Assembly (NCBI RefSeq): GCF_037042905.1
Contig: NC_087246.1
Span: 35,712,001-35,776,000 of the forward strand
Length of the DNA: 64,000 nt
Origin: Lytechinus pictus
Taxonomy: Eukaryota
Reading direction: 5' to 3'
Part shown: positions 1-13,457 of the stretch, in pieces
How positions within the stretch are numbered: position 1 is the first letter of the stretch
How the letters are laid out: the number at the start of each line of letters is the position of its first letter
Made by a program: the position numbers and the translations under genes
Notes under the pieces: model-generated
Databases searched by the model: none
The model's input: only the letters and a program-made list of their open reading frames with translations
Told to the model about the DNA's origin: nothing

Positions 1-99
1 TAGTCCGTTGTCTCTCTTGCTAAGATTCAAGGTGTTAAGTGAGCCTAATAAAGCACTTGGATCAACTTAAGTGTTTGAAAGAAAATATCGTACTTATAC

Positions 100-1626
100 T
101 CCAGCAGCTATCAATCCTTGGTGGACTCTGTTGGATAAAAGGGGGGCCGCGACAGGCAAGTTGCATAGCATCACAGGCTCCTCTTATATTCATCACTTGT
201 GGTCCGTTGGCATAGCAGAGCACTCCCCGTCTTGCCCGTCTAAAGAGCTGCCTCATGAACCCATCGTGGTAGATATCCTTATCTTTGTCGTAGACTTCCT
301 CGAGAACATCCCTGTTGCAGCGACCCTCGTCGAACATTTCCGAACCAAACAAGCCACAGTACTCGGACATTCGACCGTGTGGATTATAGCCTGGGCCTGT
401 ATTTTTTTTTTTTTTGGGGGGGGGGAAAGAAATCAGTCATACTTCTCCTCGCTTTTGCAATATTGGCTGCAATCTGCCATTTATATACGCCATGGCATCA
501 CTACAGGCATAGGAGGGAGCCCTTTAAAAGGGGACCTCGAGGGAGTTTATAATACTCATAACATTAACATAATAATAACATTCTTAATCTAACGTGACAA
601 GACCATGATGGGTTTATAAAATATTTCTGCACCTATTCAATTCAGGTTCGACAACTATACTTCATAAAAAGAAATAACATCAAATTATTAAGAAAAACAG
701 GAGATCAATATACATTCTAAAAATATAAAGAAATGACGGGAAATGTTCCATTATTTGGAGATGAAGCTTTAATCTATGAAAAAGTTAATCAATTTTATGG
801 AAATTATGTAAATTATGCAAATACGCTATACAATGGCTTTAATTCGATGATAATAGGTCACTCATTGAATTAAAAAGCGAGGCAAACATATTGCGTTCAA
901 TGATGTGTTTAAGTTGTTAAAATAGTCCGTTACTTCGTATGCAGTTTTTCATCTGGAAAAAAAATCGAAGTTTCACTTAGATGATTTAATAGTGCATTCT
1001 TAAATCGTATTGTACTGGCAATTATCAAATTCTCCTCGAACTTAAACGTTAGTTTTCCATTTGCGTTTGACAAGAAAACTCAATACACATGAAATTGTTG
1101 TTATTTTTTTGTATTAAAGGATGTTGATACCTTAAAGGCACAGTTTAACATTAATTTTAATTTGAAAGATTTGAGCTGCAGGGTTCCACTTGTGATATTT
1201 TATAAGAATGAACATGATGAAGACAAGTAAAACTAAAATCGCGCCCCAAAACCATTATTTAGTGCATCAAAACATATGACTATAAAGTGACAAGAAACGC
1301 CATATCATGCACCTCACATAATTATATGTGTTATATATCTCCTCTAGTAGATGATTTTTAAGCCACAGAAATCTTAAAATTGCCTGCAGGAATTTGATTT
1401 CTTTTAAAAGATGTGAACAGTATTAAGCACAACATGAATCAAAATAAATGAAGTAACACATTTTAGTATACTTGCCCCAATAGCCATCATACATGCCGTA
1501 CATTCCGTATACTTGAGAGAACGAGGTACATATTATCACAGATAAACAGAGAGATATTACTGTATTCTGAAAATGGTAATAAAAACAAAAGTATATATGA
1601 ATGAATATATCTCCACTGACCATTGA

Positions 1627-1668
<42 letters not shown>

Positions 1669-2003
1669 ATATATACATGTATATGCTCTGCTTGTTATCA
1701 TTTATGTATCGTGACATAAACATCCTAAACATTTTGAAGTTTAAACTTCAAAATGTTTAGGATGTTTATGTCACGATACATAAATGATAAAAAGCAGAGC
1801 AGAAAAACGCTGCTTCGGCTTCTATTGTGTAAACAAGAGATTAATCAATGGTTTTGCACTTGATCGAAACATTAAAATAAGAGTTTCCAACTCCTTTTCA
1901 AATTTTAAGACATACATAAGTATGTTTGTGGTTTCTATTGATAATAGGCAATAGAATGATACAACTAACAGTTTTGAATTATTGTACTCACCGTTGCAAT
2001 CAT
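100..2003 (-). CDS. Six-Cys secreted family gene A (exons 1-3; last exon lies left of the window)
   Basis: Exon 1 is 1992-2003 (MIAT|gtgagt). Exon 2 is 1476-1566 (NTVISLCLSVIICTSFSQVYGMYGMYDGYW, GC donor gcaagt). Exon 3 is 100-396 (GPGYNPHGRMSEYC...CDAMQLAC...IDSCW). Phases 0/1/1 match the paralogs and all six Cys are conserved. Confidence 0.8.
1684..1801. repeat. 118-bp near-perfect palindrome with no spacer, in intron 1 of gene A
   Basis: Two 59-bp arms centred at 1742/1743 (AGTTT|AAACT) with one mismatch; next to (TA)n at ~1629-1673. Confidence 0.9.
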
Positions 2004-2097
2004 GTTGTAGTTTCGAATTATTATGTTGGTTTACACTTAACAGAGAGACATAAACAGAATCTACTGGACGTCGATATGACAATCGTTAGACTCACTC

Positions 2098-2132
2098 GAA
2101 TGACTATCCCCGCCCAAATGGAGGCTCTTATA
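2098..2132 (-). promoter_or_regulatory. TATA box + Inr of gene A
   Basis: TATAAGA at 2132-2126 and TCATTC ~31 nt downstream. The same spacing recurs in B-E. Confidence 0.55.
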
Positions 2133-2830
2133 CTCCTTCTCAAAGATCGAAATACGACCTATGCACCTGTAATCGAGAACCGCTCTCTCCACCTAGGCCC
2201 CTAGATCGACATGACTATAATGCACTGATGATATAGATTCTGCAAATATCAATTGATAACATGATCATTCATTAATTACTCATCAAATACGTATAAGGAA
2301 AATGCAATTCTTGATTCTTGAATAAGAATACATCTTAAGAATAATACATGAATAAAGTATGAACATTATTCGTGTTCTCATGTTCCGGACATGCTTTAAG
2401 ACGTGAAAACAACCGGCAAGTAATGTTATATTTTTTAAATAGCTTGCTCTTTAATGATCCCCAAGAAGGCGTATGTGAGTAGAGGGGGATTAATTGAGTT
2501 GATACTTGAAAATCACATTGTAATTGGGGAACAATAATTTAAAACAAACATGACAAATAAATGTGGGTAATAACATTGTAAGATCTGAAAAAAGATGCTT
2601 ACCTAACAAAATAAGAAAATTAATTAGATATTTAAAGAGAGATACTAATTGATTTACGTTAGAGCACAACATTATTATTTTATAAATTTCATTTTTTTGT
2701 TATTCTTGTGACAGCGTTTCATATATTTCTTACTCCAAAACCAGTCGATTAAAAGGGTAGTGAACGTTATCTTTAATTCTATATTTTCACAAATATCACA
2801 AATTCTTTCCTGTCTGGGAATTTGTTTATA

Positions 2831-3240
2831 CAATGCGTCCCACAAAAAAAGGAAACCAAGAATTATCGATGATTTATCATAACACAATCACAAATACAAT
2901 AGCAAAATTAGCTTTCATTATAAAGCTTAGAATCTCCTTTATTTCTCACTCACGCATGAATGAATAAAAAGCATTTTGAATAAAAGATACAAAAATTTCA
3001 TTGGTAGGAGAGTATCTGAATTTTAAAACGAAACTCACAAGTACGAAGATTTCAATATATGCTCTTTCATTTTTAAATTACAAAGCACTGTCTGTTTGAA
3101 ATGATGCTTGTATTTTTTTTGTATTTTCATAATTTCATTAAAAAAAAGTGTTTTAAATATTTCATTGAATGGATGATCGTCACAAAAGCGGAGTGTTGAG
3201 TAACGTCTTCATTTTGTAAAATTGTTGAGTTATTTGTACT
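2831..3240 (+). mobile_element. Degenerate single-arm relic of the Tc1/mariner-type MITE family at 26393-27213
   Basis: caatgcgtcccacaaaaa...ttatcgatgatttatcataac aligns by eye to the left arm of the 26.4 kb element. Confidence 0.6.
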
Positions 3241-3961
3241 AAACAGAACTTTGTTATTTCTTGATCATTTTTTCTAATGTTAGTTCGGAGGTACTCTGAT
3301 GTTTTGGTTCCATAAGGGATCCAATACTCTGCCTATATTTTCCAATTTCACTAAAATTGAACCATAATAATGATCTTTCACATAAAATCAAATTCTTTTT
3401 GTGATCTACAAAGATAATTATAATATTGCACTGTATTTTTCTAAGGCACAATTTTTAAAAGCTACGTTCATGCTTTTCCAGTGATGATGATCATCATTAT
3501 TCTGAGGCTTATATCGCGACTTGTTATCCGTGTAGACCTGAATGTAGTCGCAAGTTGTGACCAGACACAAGTCGAGATAAAAGAGCATTCAGACGGTTCT
3601 ATGACATTTGCTTCGGCGACAATTGGTCCGCTATAAATTCCACACACTATTATACCCTACTTTAAGCCTAACATGAGACCCCGTTGCAACCCTAACTTCT
3701 AACCCTACATCTTCGGCGAAATAAAGCCCGAAGCAATTGCCACAGGAGCGAATGTCCTGTCACCATATCAGGCACACACCCACACCCACTCAATACACAT
3801 AACGCGCACGCGGCCATCCACACCCGCACCCAAACGCACACTGTCATGTACACAATCACACAGTACAGAAAAACTCATACCTATTTCCCTACACGCACAG
3901 GATCAGATTCTTCTCTCGCATTCCCTCTATCCCACCCCCCCCCTCTCTCTCTCTCTCTCTT

Positions 3962-6900
3962 TTGATGCATGATTATACTTCTTTACCACTGTCCTGGTTA
4001 TTCTTCCACCTGTTACATTATTTCACATTAAACTATTTTGGTCTCTTCAATGTAATAATGTATCATTTCATCGTATGTGCTCCCTCTCTCTCCCTCTCTC
4101 TCCCTCTCTCTGTTTCAAACACTTTTAATACACTTTATTTGTCGCCTGGCGACTTTCCTCTCTCATGATTAAAAACATTTTCACTCATTATTTTGCTTTC
4201 ATCCTCTTTTCCCGAACGAATTTCTTTTTAACCAATATATTTATTTAATGTATCATAGGATAACAAAATGACAAGAGTCGTTGTTTTTAGCTTTATACAA
4301 TAGTGTGTATTTCACACGAATACAAACTGTATATCTTGTAATTATCTATTTACAAACATTGTTTTTCAGTAGTTTAAACACTACTTCACGTCTATTAATA
4401 CAAAATGACGATGAGTGCAAGATTATGTTTACAATGCATACTGACATTAAGAGCATATTTATCTTATTAAGGTTAAATTTTTAACAGGTGACCAGTAACC
4501 ATTAAACAAACGATAAGTCGCCAGGAAACTTTCTCTGTAAATTGTCAAAATACCTATAAGCTTCTTTGACATTATCAACTTAGCGTGCTTTTATACGTAG
4601 ATGTGTTATAGCTCAGTAGATAAGTCTCCGAACTTTGAACCAGTGGCTCATGCCCCACCTTATCGTTATTATTATTGTTATTATCATTATTATTTATCAT
4701 CGTCATCATCATTATCAGTACCATCGACATCATCATCTCAAACAATAATCCACCTTTTTCATAATGTCAAAATGTTAAGTTGTTAAATCTAATAAAAGAT
4801 GATATACAACAGTTTCTTTCATTCAACTTTTTTTTCCAGACTAGCTTGAAAATCCTCCAAAATAATTTTTGACCACTTAATTTTGGGGTTTTGGGTGGCA
4901 GTTCACATCGTATTATTTCATGAACAGATCATTTGTTTGTCTTCTTTCATTGTTTTGGACATCAATTTTTGCCCGATTAAAATAATGTTGAATCTATTCA
5001 TTGTAGTTTTATGTCCGCCATTGGTAAGGTAAGAATTACTCACAAAATATCACAATGTTGCTCAATCACTGAATAACGTAAATGTTCCTTGTATGTCTGA
5101 CGGTTTCAACGAACCGATACTTGAAACTTTATCAAAGTGCGTAATCCTGCAGAAAAGGACTAGAGCTGTCTTTGAACCCCACGGATGCAGGGACATCTCA
5201 CTGATGAAAGTAGGATACAGTGACATCATCAAGTTCAATATTCAAATCACAGATTGAAAGCCTCTCATGTGTCGTCATCATACATTACTAAGAAGCAGAG
5301 GTTTGTCGAGTATCATGTTTTGTTGAGTATCGTCGTTTACATACCCCTACCAGGGGGTTTAGGTCTTGGGCCCTGTGGACCTTGAGGGCGAGTTGGCTTT
5401 AGTGTTGCAATCACTCCTATGGTAAAAAGAGAATCGCGTAAGAACAATAATGGTTAATGTTCCTTCTATTAAGTTGCTATAACAGGAAATACAAAAAAAA
5501 GATTAAAGCTATTAAAATATTGTGAATATATTTTTTTTAATGATCTTTTCGTCGTGTACGCCTCAATTTAATTCATTTCAAATCACTAATTCATGTTCAT
5601 AGTTGCAATATAAATTATACAAAGGATTAAACGGTTAGCACCTCAAGAAGCTTACGCTTGTCGAGCAAGGTGATCCCTTATGGAAAACAACAAAACAGTC
5701 AATAAAAAGATCCTATGAATGGTTTGCGTCATACTCACTCCAGCAATGGTCGATCGTTTTGGGAGAATTTCTACTGCACGTGAGGTCCAGCGCCTCACAA
5801 GCATTCAGCACCTCTACTGCCCTCCCGTTTTCCTCGTAGCACAGCTTTCCGTCACGTGACCATCTGTACAGACGCCTCATGTACCGGAATGGGAATACAT
5901 TCACCTTCTCATCGAGATCGGCGACTTTATCCAACAAATTTTGATTACACCCGTAAATTTTCTCGACTCGCTGCACAGAACGGTACATGTCACACGTTTT
6001 ATTCTAGCGGAGGCCTGGTGACGGTCGTGGGCCTGTGAATTAATTATTACAAAACTGAATTGTTAACATTTTATAGTTTAGTATACAAATGATGAAGGTG
6101 ATAGTGATCGTTATACAATGTTATTAGTGAAAACCTAAGTGCCAATCAAACATAAAGGGAATGAGAGTATTCATATTTGACAATCAATTATAGTTTAGAT
6201 CCAGTGCGCAATCTGTCTAATCTCCAGTAGCGTACGCATTAATTAAGATTGGCGGAAATCAATGAACACGCCTCGTCTCACTCTATTTCTTTATATATTT
6301 ATTATATCTTACAATTTCATAATTCAGCCTGTAATACAAGCGTAGATATTCGCTTTTTACCCCCTTCATTGTTTGTATTAGACCAAATATATCCATTCAC
6401 AGTGTTCAATTTTCAATGTTTTTTCCTGTTTTTTATGTTGTGTCTTATGTACAGAATATTTCCTGGCTTTATTGAATAATCTTTTAGGTAACGTCGACCA
6501 TGTTACAATTTGAATTGAATTCCCAAAAAAAAAATGAATTGGATAAATCTTTAAAAAAAAACAGCACCCGAGGTAAGCACAACGGTTTTAAAATGTTATC
6601 GGGTCCGGAGGGGGGGGGGGTAAGCGCTGATATTGCACCATATTGGGTAGAAAGTGAACATGCATGTTTGTTGGGTATTTTTATTACCCCATATTGGGTT
6701 TTTTTTCAACGCAGCGTTGCGTAAAATTTACAAAATTACAATTTTTTCCCAACCAACATGCATGCTCCCATTCTACCCAATATTGGGTAAACCCTTTCTT
6801 AGAGTGTATAGAGTAAATGATATAATAATATGAATACAGTCTTAAATACATTTCTTAGATTCTTATATTTTTTATGAAATGTATTTTCGTGTTATAATAT

Positions 6901-7752
6901 TTTTTTAATGCGTTGTTCATTTGTACTTCCTTTTAGTTTGAATTGTATTAATACCGTATGCCCTTGGGCAGTACTACATTCAATAGCATAAATTTGTGTT
7001 CTAAACTATGTATCATGTTTTCGATTTATGATGAAATCCAAGTATACCTTGTTGGTAAAGGAGTCTTAAATCAAAATATACCCAATTGAATTATAACATA
7101 TCATTTCACACTTTCCAATAACATTCATACCACATCAATTATATTTTGCTAAGGAGCTAAGAGTTTAGTGGTTGAATACGAAACGTTTGTTTCCGATAAA
7201 AATACACACTAAACCTGTATTACTCTCACTTGTTTTGTATTATCAAGACCAGTTAAGGAGCACGAATCAACACTCTTAAAATTGATTGGCCAGAGTAAGT
7301 GTCCCATCAATAAAATTGGTCAATATCAACCAAAATTATGGTAGATTTTAACTAATAATATGGTTGATTTCGACACTTTTTATTGGTCGAACTTTAAAAA
7401 AAAACCGTCAGAGGTTTTGTTTTGTTCTAAGGGACAAAAATGCACAATATGTGATCCCAACCCAAAACCAATTCACTCAGCAAGGTTCTGTATAAAAAGC
7501 CAAAATTTGTAATTCGGTATTCAAAAGGTCAAATTCAGAAATTTGCATATCAACTTCTTTTTTTTTTTTGGGGGGGGGGGTGAACATGCCACTTAAAAGA
7601 GACACCAGTACCACATTACATTCGACGAGACTAAAAATGACAAAAATCTAATTTGTATTTGCACTCAGAAACATAGCCCCATATCATTATTTTTGTTATT
7701 ATTTATTTATTCGTATTCAATCATTTTTTACACAGCATGCAATACCACATCA
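3962..7752. repeat. Tandem segmental duplicate of 7753-14511 carrying an internal ~2.85 kb deletion
   Basis: 3962-6640 matches 7753-10440 and 6640-7752 matches 13295-14511. The segment 10440-13295 is absent. Confidence 0.9.
5337..6032 (-). pseudogene. B': pseudogenised duplicate of gene B (exons 3 and 4 only)
   Basis: Exons 5739-6032 and 5337-5416 are nearly identical to B. TTG>TAG nonsense at 6004-6006. Promoter, exon 1 and the signal-peptide exon are deleted. Confidence 0.85.
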
Positions 7753-9141
7753 TATGATACATGATTATACTTCTTTACCACTGTCCTGGTTATTATTTCA
7801 CCTGTTACATTCTTTCACATTAAACTATTTGGTCTCTTCAATGTAATAATTTATCATTTCATCGTACGTGCTCCCTCTCTCTCTCTCTCCGCCCCCTCTC
7901 TCTCCCCATCTCTGTTTCAAACACTTTTGATACACTTTATTTGTCGCCTGGCGACTTTCCTCTCTCATGATTAAAATATTTTCACTCATTATTTTGCTTT
8001 CATCCTCTTTTTCCCGAACGAATTTCATTTTAACATATATATTTATTTCATGTATCATACGAAAACAAAATGACAAGAGTCGTTGTTTTTAGCTTTATAC
8101 AATAGTGTGTATTTCACACGAATACAAGCAAGTATATCTTGTAATTATTTATTTACAAACATTGTTTTTCAGTAGTTTAAACACTACTTCACGTCTATTT
8201 ATACAAAATGACGATGAGTGCAAGATTATATTTACAATGCATACTGATATTAAGAGCATATTTATCTGATTAAGGTTAAATTTTTAACAGGTGACCAGTA
8301 ACCATAAAACAAACGATAAGTCGCCAGGAAACTTTCTCTGTAAATTGTCAAAATACCTATAAGCTTCTCTGACATTATTAACTTAGCGTGCTTTTATACG
8401 TAGAGGTGTTATAGCTCAGTAGATAAGTCTCCGAACTTTGAACCAGTGGCTCATGCCCCACCTTATCGTTATTATTATTGTTATTATTATTATTATTTAT
8501 CATCGTCATCATCATTATCAGTACCATCGACGTCATCATCTCAAACAATAATCCACCTTTTTCATAATGTCAAAATGTTAAGTTGTTAAATCTAATAAAA
8601 GATGATATACAACAGTTTCTTTTATACAACTTTTTTTTTCCAGACTAGCTTGAACATCCTCCAAAATAATTTTTGACCACTTAATTTTGGGGTTTTGGGT
8701 GGCAGTTCACATCGTATTATTTCATGAACAGATCATTTGTTTTTCTTCTTTCATTGTTTTGGACATCAATTTTTGCCCGATTAAGATAATGTTGAATCTA
8801 TTCATTGTGGTTTTATGTCCGCATTTGGTAATGTAAGAATTACTCACAAAATATCACAATGTTGCTCAATCACTGAATAAAGTAATTGTTCATTGTATGT
8901 CTGACGGTTTCAACGAACCGATACTTGAAAACTTTATCAAAGTGCGTAATCCTGCATAAAAGGACTAGAGCTGTCTTTGAACCTCATGGTTGCAGGGACA
9001 TCTCACTGATGAAAGTAGGATACCGTGACATCATCAAGTTCAATATTCAAATCACAGATTGAAAGCCTCTCATGTGTCGTCATCATACATTACTAAGAAG
9101 CAGAGGTTTGTCGAGTATCATGTTTTGTTGAGTATCGTCGT

Positions 9142-11561
9142 TTACATACCCCTACCAGGGGGTTTAGGTCTTGGGCCCTGTGGACCTTGTGGGCGAGTTG
9201 GCTTTAGTGTTGCAATCACTCCTATGGTAAAAAGAGAATCGCGTAAGAACAATAATGGTTAATGTTCCTTCTATTAAGTTGCTATAACAGGAAATACAAA
9301 AAAAAGATTAAAGCTATTAAAATATTGTGAATATATTTTTTTTAATGTCCTTTTCGTCGTGTACGCCTCAATTTAATTCATTTCAAATCACTAATTCATG
9401 TTCATAGTTGCAATATAAATTATACAAAGGATTAAACGGTTAGCACCTCAAGAAGCTTACGCTTGTCGAGCAAGGTGATCCCTTATGGAAAACAACAAAA
9501 CAGTCAATAAAAAGATCCTATGAATGGTTTGCGTCATACTCACTCCAGCAATGGTCGATCGTTTTGGGAGAATTTCTACTGCACGTGAGGTCTAGAGCCT
9601 CACAAGCATTCAGCACCTCTACTGCCCTCCCGTTTTCCTCGTAGCACAGCTTTCCGTCACGTGACCATCTATACAGACGCCTCATGTACCGGAATGGGAA
9701 TACATTCACCTTCTCATCGAGATCGGCGACTTTATCCAACAAATTTTGATTACACCCGTAAATTTTCTCGACTCGCTGCACAGAACGGTACATGTCACAC
9801 GTTTTGTTCAAGCGGAGGCCTGGTGACGGTCGTGGGCCTGTGAATTAATTATTACAAAACTGAATTGTTAATATTGTATAGTTTAGTATACAAATGATGA
9901 AGGTGAAAGTGATGGTTATATCATGTTATTAGTAAAAACCGAAGTGCCAATCAAACATGAAGGGAATGAGAGTATTCATATTTGACAATCAATTATAGTT
10001 TAGATCCAGTGCGCAGTCTGTCTTATCTCCAGTAGCGTACACATTAATTAAGATTGGCGGAAATCAATGAACACGCCTCGTCTCATTCTATTTCTTTATA
10101 TATTTATTATATCTTACAATTTCATAATTCAGCCTGTAATACAAGCTTAGATATTCGCTTTTTATCCCCTTCATTGTTTGTATTAGACCCAATATATCCA
10201 TTCACAGTGTTCAATTTTCAATGTTTTTTCCTGGTTTTTTATGTTGTGTCTTATGTACAGGATATTTCCTGGCTTTATTGAATAATCTTTTAGGTAACGT
10301 CGACCATGTTCCAATTTGGTTTTAATTTAATAAAAAATGAATTGGATAAATCAAAGAAAACCAGCACCTGAGGTAAGCACAACGGTTTTAAAATGTTATC
10401 GGGTCCGGAGGGGGGGGGGGTAAGCGCTGATATTGCACCATGCAACATTTGCCCATGACTCATTTTTGGTTACATTATATGTTTTCGATAGTTTATTTCA
10501 ATTGTGCCTTTTATACACCCTTCATTTCCCCATATCACGTTCCATAAACACCTAAATACGTTGTACACTGCAAACTAAAAACTCCGGTGTTGATTTAACA
10601 CCAGTCCGGAATCTATATATGTCCACACCAGAGAAATATTGAAACAATACCAGTTTGGAATCAAACCGATGCCATTTTAATACTAATTGGTGTTGTATAA
10701 ACACCTATCTGGTGTTAGACCAAAAAGAAAGTGGTGTTGTTTAACACTTCTCTGGTGTGGACATATATAGATTCCGGGCTAGTGTTAAATCAACACCGGA
10801 CTTTTTGCAGTGTAGCTTCTTACCACCTCGTGCTTCGTTAATAAAATGGGTTTGAAAAGAATACTCACCTCTCCACCTTTGTCCCATACACACACAGACC
10901 ACAACAGATAGACAGAGTGATGTCAGCATTATCCTCTGGAGAATGATTAAATTAAAACGACATTTTTACATTTTCCATGGATGTATGCTAAAGTATACAG
11001 ACTGTTCCTATATACCTTAAAGAATTTCATCGTGCCTATTTTACACAAGAGCAACATTGAAAGCACACAAAATATTTTCACAAAATATAAACATTGCATT
11101 AGCGTCATAGTCGTTTATTAGTAGTTGTATATATCACATACGCTATTTATCCATTTCTTTCAAGTGAATTAATGGGTTCAATCTTGAAAATCGCATTGAC
11201 TTAATTTACTTGACAAAATTGTAAATTACTGATTTGTATTCTGTTGGAAATGAAATAAATGAAATTTAATGAAATATATAATATATGTTTGTAAAGCTTT
11301 CGCACAATACAATGAAATTTAAACAATCTACAAATGATCAAGAATTTTAAGATTAAAAAGAAAATCTTTAATTGCCGTGTACATAGCTAGCTCAATGATG
11401 TAAAGCATAAATTCAACAGCTTACTGCACAGGAAACAATAGATTACTTGGTGGATTGAAGTGATAATAGGTCATATCACTGAAAAATATAATCTTTCCTT
11501 CACTCGGCAAAACCTCAACAACCCAATAAAATAAAATTTAGACACTTACTGTTGGAGCCAT
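9142..11561 (-). CDS. Six-Cys secreted family gene B (150 aa; short PQG/PPGR tail)
   Basis: Exons 11550-11561, 10869-10935, 9544-9837 and 9142-9221, all GT-AG and in frame. Product: MAPTRIMLTSLCLSVVVCVCMG-QRWRGPRPSPGLRLNKTCDMY...IDHCWRVIATLKPTRPQGPQGPRPKPPGRGM*. Confidence 0.88.
10566..10812. mobile_element. TA-flanked MITE (CACTGCAAA termini) in intron 2 of B
   Basis: Terminal inverted repeats cactgcaaa...ctccggtgttgatttaacac and gtgttaaatcaacaccgga...ttgcagtg; TA on both sides. A relative is at 53860-54045. Confidence 0.8.
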
Positions 11562-11641
11562 TTTGTGAAGTTTGGTCAGCTAACACGAGGGATAGTGAAT
11601 TTGAAAATATTCTAGATAGTGACGGTGCTGTCACTCGTACA

Positions 11642-11735
11642 AAAGTGATGATTTATCCTGTTCGGTTTGCTAATTTATATCAGGGAGAGGAAGAGAAATA
11701 CAATCCATTGTAAAATATGAAATCGAGAAATATGT
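11642..11735 (-). promoter_or_regulatory. Gene B core promoter: Inr, TATAAAT and a ~40-bp block shared with gene C
   Basis: TATAAAT at 11679-11673; TCACTT ~33 nt downstream. gaaatacaatccattgtaaaatatgaaatcgagaaatatg is nearly identical to 36961-37000. Confidence 0.7.
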
Positions 11736-13261
11736 AATTGAGAAATTGTTGTCTCTGTTTACCATATTGTGCATGCGGAATATGATTCCCAGCTCATGAG
11801 TATACGTCCCCCATATTATGATTCATGGGAAAAAAATTGGACATAATTATGACGAATAAGCTCAATACAATGCAATGCAATGCAACCACTAACAATGTGT
11901 CATAGTTTCAGTTGAAATGTATACTTCAATTTCACTGTAACCGAAGAATGCTTGATCCGAGACGAGATACCCATTATACATGTTATACGTGTTATATGAA
12001 TGACAAAACATCTGTTTAAAGGGGTGCCCCACCCTACAATTTTGTTCATTTGGTTTTATCCGTAACATTAAATAAGGACAAAATCAGTGATACTTAGATA
12101 AAGAAGAAATTGTAAAATACATATCAATGATTATGTCATGCATGGGTACAGATAGGTTAGCTGCTAATAACGATTTTGTTAATCTAGATTTCATTAAATC
12201 TCCCTTTCCCTGTTTTTTTTACAATGTCTAACAATAAGGATAATTCAAAAATTCCATTAAGAGAATAATCTTTCTAACAATCTATGTTTAAAAGATTGAA
12301 ATACATATTTGGTTGTTTGTACTTTTATGAAATCAAATACATAAACAAAAATGGCATGACATAAGTTTCGGTCAATGTCTCGTCATTTTATTATCATTCA
12401 GTGTTGCTGGAATTTTCTTTGTATGTTAACGTTAAATAAAAAAAAATGGCATGTGTGTTGAGTACCTGCCTAAAATGAAACCATGGAGATGAAACAACGG
12501 TTTGAAGTCAAACCAAGTCACTTAACTCATATAAGGCTTTGCGATTTTTTATCTTCCTTTTTTTTCAATTTTCGCTCTCTCTCTCTCTCACTACACACTA
12601 AGAAATTCGGGTTAAATTTTGCACCCCTAGGGGTGCACAGGCTTGTCCCTATACGAGTACCCCTAGCAGTGCACACGTACACCCCGAATATGGGTGTACA
12701 GTGTGCACCTGTACAGGGTGTACACGTTTACCCTTCGGGTGCATATGTACCCCCACCTAAAATAACAAAAATATTGTCTAGACTTCCGGTCCATTTAATT
12801 TCTGTATCGATTTTTTTCAGTTACCTTAATTGGGATTCGAGCTCGTTTTATCTGTAGTCAAGATTCTTCCCGCTTTGCCAGCGAGAAGTGCTAAGACCTG
12901 TGAGGACTTTAGCGATATGATCCGATACACGTTTGACTTGTTCTGATAGTTGTGATTCAAGTAGCTCTATTTACTGTTTCTCCAAAAGTATACGTAATCA
13001 AATGTGTTTTTGAAACAATTATCATCACATGAATATTAAATATTTTAAAAATTGTTTCACTTCGGTAAAGTGTGGCGTAAGTGCATTGTTATTTCGGGTA
13101 ATCTTCAATCACAAATCAACTTTATATATACCATATACGTCTATCAGCGAGACTGGTGGGGTTCACACAAAGAGTACAGGGGTGTACAGGTGCGCCTTGT
13201 GATAGTGCATGGTTCTCTTTCTCTGCCTCCATATTGAACGGATCATACATGTACATTTATA

Positions 13262-13457
13262 CACTCTAAAAACACTAAGTAAAATTTTACCCAATATTGG
13301 GTAGAAAGTGAACATGCATGTTTGCTGGGTATCTTTATTACACAATCTTGGGCTTTTTTCAACGCAGCATTGCGTAAAATTTACAAAATCACAATTTTAC
13401 CTAACCAACATGCATGTTCCCATTTTACCCAATAGTGGGTAAACCCTTTTTAGAGTG
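13262..13457. mobile_element. TA-flanked MITE (CACTCTAA termini)
   Basis: cactctaaaaa...tttagagtg with internal inverted repeats. Its right part is retained at ~6640-6806. Confidence 0.7.

Noticed and set aside
4605-4655. tRNA-like 5' half (tagctcagtagataag), also at ~8410
   Set aside because: No T-arm or acceptor stem; at most a SINE relic.
9142-9152. Possible extra donor G|gtatgt extending the B tail
   Set aside because: The B stop aligns with the C stop (GGT ATG TAA vs GGC ATA TAA) and I found no downstream exon.
9544-9837. Saposin-like assignment for the six-Cys domain
   Set aside because: It lacks the N-terminal C-x2-C, and has C-x6-C followed by another Cys instead of a terminal C-x5-C.
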